From Antedon mediterranea (lineage: Eukaryota; Animalia; Echinodermata): DNA of 64,000 nucleotides. This document shows positions 59,256-64,000 of the stretch, piece after piece (position 1 is the first letter of the stretch; the number at the start of each line of letters is the position of its first letter). Location of the stretch: positions 14,553,432 to 14,617,431 of the forward strand of contig NC_092679.1 of NCBI RefSeq assembly GCF_964355755.1. Direction: 5' to 3'. Made by a program: the position numbers and the translations under genes. The notes beneath the pieces were generated by a model, which worked only from the letters and a program-made list of their open reading frames with translations, did not search any database and was not told the origin of the DNA.

Positions 59256-59410
59256 CAGGGGCAGATCCAGGATTTTTTAAACAGGGAAGTGCTGACATAT
59301 ATTAATAATCTGTCAAAAATAGATTGCAAAAAGTAGTTCATCATAATTTTATTTTAGCTGTTGAAAGGGATGAAGCGTACGCCCGTAGTACAAACCCTGG
59401 ATCTGCCCTA
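59256..59410. mobile_element. Short hAT-like MITE
   Basis: CAGGGGCAGATCCAGG ... CCTGGATCTGCCCTA inverted ends. Confidence 0.6.
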
Positions 59411-62400
59411 ATATTTGCGCAAGAAACTGCATACAGAAAGAGAATTTTCGCTCTTCATTTGTTGGGAAATTAGTGCTATTCAAGCCCGTTGAGTTGGTTC
59501 TTAGCCCTTGCAAATGCCAGTCTTTACGTGTACACTTATTAGACTGTAATAATGGCAACTGTACCTAATTAATAATTATATTGCATTTATTAATATGGGT
59601 TGCATGCAGTAGAGCTTTGGTTTAGTATCTGAAAGATATGGTTGATTGATTTGTTCCGTGATTAATTGTTTGATCTACTCATGCGACATGCTTGGGTCTA
59701 CTATCCATAAAGAGTGCAGTAGTTGAGATAAGTGTATGTTTCTTGTAAATCACTCTGACCTGGGGAAAAAACACATTTGAGATGTTTCAATGCATTTTAC
59801 AAACTTCTCGCATTTAGCAATCTTACAAGCGCACACATTTTATTATTGACGTTAAATATTATTATTTTCTTCGTTATCTTGGGCGACCTCTTCAATACAA
59901 GGCTGTTCGTTCCAGTAGGGGACCATGATCACATGATCAGCATGCATCGAGGCATAATCCCATAATCTTGTCAAACCGTGTACTATCCATATGTGCAATG
60001 TACAGGTATGTACACAGGACCAATAAGCATAGTGTCCATACACAATATATAGCAGAGACAGATACCCAACCAATGCCTATTATAGTCCAATAGACCTTGC
60101 CATTATGCCATACCGCTCTCTGTATTCATTTTGCAAGATGGTTGGTTCCCACTAGGATGCAATGCAAATGTACACACAATGCAAGTAATTTAACCAATCA
60201 CATGCAATGGCTTATCCAAAATCTGGCTTGTCATTGGTCAAAATTTGCGTTGTGTCCAAGTGGCCGAACCAATGCTTAATGAGAACATAGAGGAATGATG
60301 AGAATAACATTCGAAATTCACATCAAATAAAATGTTAACATGGTTAAATTTATGATTTTATTAATTAATTTATGCTGTATGTGTGTGACCCTGTATCTAT
60401 AATTTGCAATAGCTATTTTGTTAAATGCATATTTTTGTGATTATATAATTTTGCAATTTAAATTTTTTTTACATTTATAACTAGTTTCATTCCAATACAG
60501 TAGCAATATTTTAATAATGTCGAGATTTCATTTTCGGATAGTATATGAAGGGAAGAACGATAAATTGACCAAGATACAGTCCTGAACGTGCGGATTCAGG
60601 AAGGTTGCACTTGGGGCGGCGCATGCACTCCTTCACCCCCCTTGACAGCTAAAATTGAATTATTGAACTATTTTTTGATATCTAAGTTTGACTAGTAAAT
60701 GTTTTTAAATTATTGTTTATTCATTTGGCATTTGTGAATCGCAAAACCAAGAACCCACTGGAAGGATGTGTGGCTCCTTAAATGTTATGTTGGCACTCTT
60801 CTGTTAAAAAAATCTATGATTCACCCCTGTATACTGGGCTAATAGTATATACGCACAGATTATTCTTTTATAGATAATACTGTCTCCTCCTATATACCAC
60901 AAAAATAAAATCATAAAAATCATATTTAGCGGAATTTGAGTTATTCCTCTGGTTTCCAACACATAATATTTACATAAAATATCCATAGATGAAGAGGCTT
61001 ATTATGTCACATTATGCAATTCCAAACAGTGAATGATTTGGGAGGTAGTATTGAGTGCTCCACTGGTTTGTGACCATTATACATAATTTTAATTATTTAT
61101 CAGTCCTTATTTAGTGCAATTTGTACAAAATATGTCATTAATTTGAGCTTTCTATAAATCCAAGTAATTATTCATGTGCTTGGTTGATTCAGGAAGGTTT
61201 TAAAATTTTAAAGCAATATTTATAACATTTCTTCCCATTTTAGTACAAAATATTAATGAATATCAATTATATGATTGTAATTTGTTTAGTTGAGTATAGA
61301 TTTAAAGGCAATATTGTTAATTTTGTTTTATCTATTTAGAAACATAACAGTAATAATGTTTGCTAGTACTATATTATTTTAATATTCAAATATGTCTGGT
61401 CTATGCATTATTCTTAGTTAGCATAATGGTGTATTTATTGGTTATAAGAACATACAGTAAAACCCCTCCTATTCAGGTTACACCCTAGAAACAAGGGGAA
61501 ATATAAGTTGTAAAACACTTGGGCCAATCATAAGTTTAGAGACACTTCTATTAAAGGAATACTTTATTGTCCTCTGAATAGGGGTTATACAATAAATAGT
61601 GCATTTTGACTAAAAACAAATAAATACCGTATAGTACAGTAGTAGCATCCTTTGGGTCACCCCTGTTTATAGGACAGCTCTATCAGGGGGATACTTTCCC
61701 ATGAAACAATCAAGGATCATATATTTGTTACACTGCAGTCAACCTCTATTCATTCATTCATTCAGCTTTTATTCAATATTTCTCTTTGCAGTATATATAA
61801 AATAAAACTGAATTGCGAGAGATTTACATATAAAATTGGTACAAGCTTTCAAACATGAAAATTTACAACATTAAAAAGTTAAAAAAAGTATTTTAAAAAA
61901 GGAGATATTACACATGGAAAAAACTGATGAAAGTACTTATTACTTATTATTATTATTATTGTTGTTCTTATTCAAGGGACACCCCTATTGTTGAGGGCTT
62001 CTACTGTAACTTATATAATATGGTGCTAAGTAAATAGAATAAGCTTGAAACAGTACAAAATATAAACAATAATTAACATATAGTTTCCAATATGTTAGGC
62101 CCGACAGTATAGTTTGTATTCTGGGTTTAAAGTTGATATACAGGTCGTCAAAATCTGGTGTATTAAGACACAATATATTATATTATAATTTGATATACTG
62201 TATTGTATTGTATACAAATATTATGTTTAAATATGAATTTAATTTAGACAATATGAACAAATATTTTATTATGTTTATGCTATTAATGGGCACTATTATA
62301 CTGTACATTGTATGAGTGCAATATCATTGTGTAAGGTCAAGAAAAAACTTGTATTCTTGAGTATTGAGTTCAATATGCCTAGTGGAATGGTGTTTGCATA

Positions 62401-62605
62401 TGCATGAAACTTAGGTAATATAAAATACTGAATTTCCTTTTTTAAAAAAAGACATACCATGAATGATTTCACAATTTTGCAGATTCCCATTGCATCACAA
62501 TGGTAAAGGTTGGGTCTTGGTCATTTGAAGTAGGTGCAGTAAAAAATGTTGAAGCTCAGGAAATGAACATTGAATGTTATAGGTAACTGAGCTTCAAAAG
62601 TTAAT

Positions 62606-62793
62606 AGGGAGCTTTAGATTTGCGATGACCATGTCATGTTAATTGTGCGCTTGCGGAGAAGTTAGGACACGCTTCCTCGCTCTCTTGTCTTGATGGTTTC
62701 TTCTAGGTCCAGGTGACAACCAGCGACTCATCAATTGACCTGACTTACTTGTTTATACTGTATCTGTAGGTCATCGCAAATCGAGAGCTCCCT
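62606..62793. mobile_element. MITE with AGGGAGC termini and AT flanks (ISL2EU-like)
   Basis: AT|AGGGAGCTTTAGATTTGCGATGACC ... GGTCATCGCAAATCGAGAGCTCCCT|AT. Confidence 0.7.
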
Positions 62794-64000
62794 ATTAGTT
62801 AACTTGTAAACCATGGTATAACAGTACCAAGACACTATGAAAAAAGGGTGCCCCTCATAAGCCAATTAGTACCCTAGTAAATAAAGGTATATACTAATTA
62901 CTTACTAGTACCTGTGATTAGTAATAGAAAAGTGTGACTTATATAAACTCATAGTGACTTATAAATGCTACAATATTGTACAAAAAATAAATTGAATTGA
63001 AAATGTTAATTGATTTATTTCCATGATTTAGTAAGGCTTATAAATATAATGTACAAAATGTCTATCTTATTTCATACTGTTAAAAACATCACTAGAATAG
63101 AAATTTTTTAATTAAATCTTTTTAAATTTCCTCAGAGATAAGTATTCTTTAAAAAAAACGGAGAAACTTTCATTAAATTTGACATTTTTTTCCTGTTTAT
63201 TTTGTCGCAAAGGTAGCAAAATTTGCTCACATTGCGACATAATAACAGTAAAATCAATCAAAGTAATTCCTAAATCGGAGAATATAAAATTACATACTAA
63301 GATCGGGAAAACTTCTTTTTTTAAATCAGTTGACACACCACAGAATCAGGTGACACAAAACAGAATCAGGTGACACAAAACAGAATCAGAAGACTTGGCA
63401 GGTCTGTGTAAACAAACAAAATTGGATGGCAATTAAAACCTTCTGTGACAATTCTAAAAAATAAACAAAATTAAACAAATAAAAAACTCACTTTGCAAAT
63501 ATATTTATTTTGTCAAATCTCATACAAACTGTACACCTGATATACATAATATATTCAATTGTAAATAAAATCATATTGTTTACCTTTTTTTTACCCTGGC
63601 ACACACAACTTTAATTATGTACAAAAAATAACCATATAAAACCAACATAGCAATAGTTAATAAATTAAATTAATCAATCACAAATATTCTTATGAGATTT
63701 ACCTAAACAAGATTTATAAAGGATACAGTGTATGATAATACACTCAGTGTACCTGTATAAATTACAGATTTACATTATTTTTTATATATTGTAAATAATA
63801 AAATATTTTGAACAATTCTTTTATTCATTAAATTATAATTTAAATAAACAATATACGATCATGGTTCATCACCGATCAGATTACTTGAGGCCTACAAAGA
63901 AGTTTTGATATTGGCAAATTATCATTTCATCCTCCATCACTATAACACAGCTATTGAGTCTAATAGTCATTCTGACATGCTCATATGTGTGCACAGAATG

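Overview
AT-rich, intron-rich animal genomic DNA, probably a marine invertebrate (inference from composition, intron sizes and repeat types). Two host genes can be read directly. The first is a minus-strand PAR-1/MARK Ser/Thr kinase, whose first six coding exons (40036 down to 7085) splice in frame; it continues off the left edge. The second is a plus-strand TMEM229B orthologue (56136-56624). MARK intron 2 holds a ~5.5 kb PIF/Harbinger transposon with two apparently intact, spliced, convergent genes (442-aa DDE transposase, 352-aa Myb/SANT-trihelix protein). A 904-bp Mutator-like element with a perfect 9-bp TSD sits just upstream of the Myb gene. Between the two host promoters lie a foldback TIR element, a TAGGCCTA-rich tract and two oppositely oriented 97-bp satellite arrays around a ~190-bp satellite. 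The rest is MITEs, nested Helentron-like elements and LINE/SINE fragments. The most unusual signal is a dense record of likely transposon excision scars. These are TA-CAG/CTG-TA and TA-GGCC-TA insertions, provable against paralogous repeat copies, and 25-43 bp CA...TG palindromes with 7-8 bp TSDs resembling P-element footprints. All coordinates were read by eye; no searches were run.
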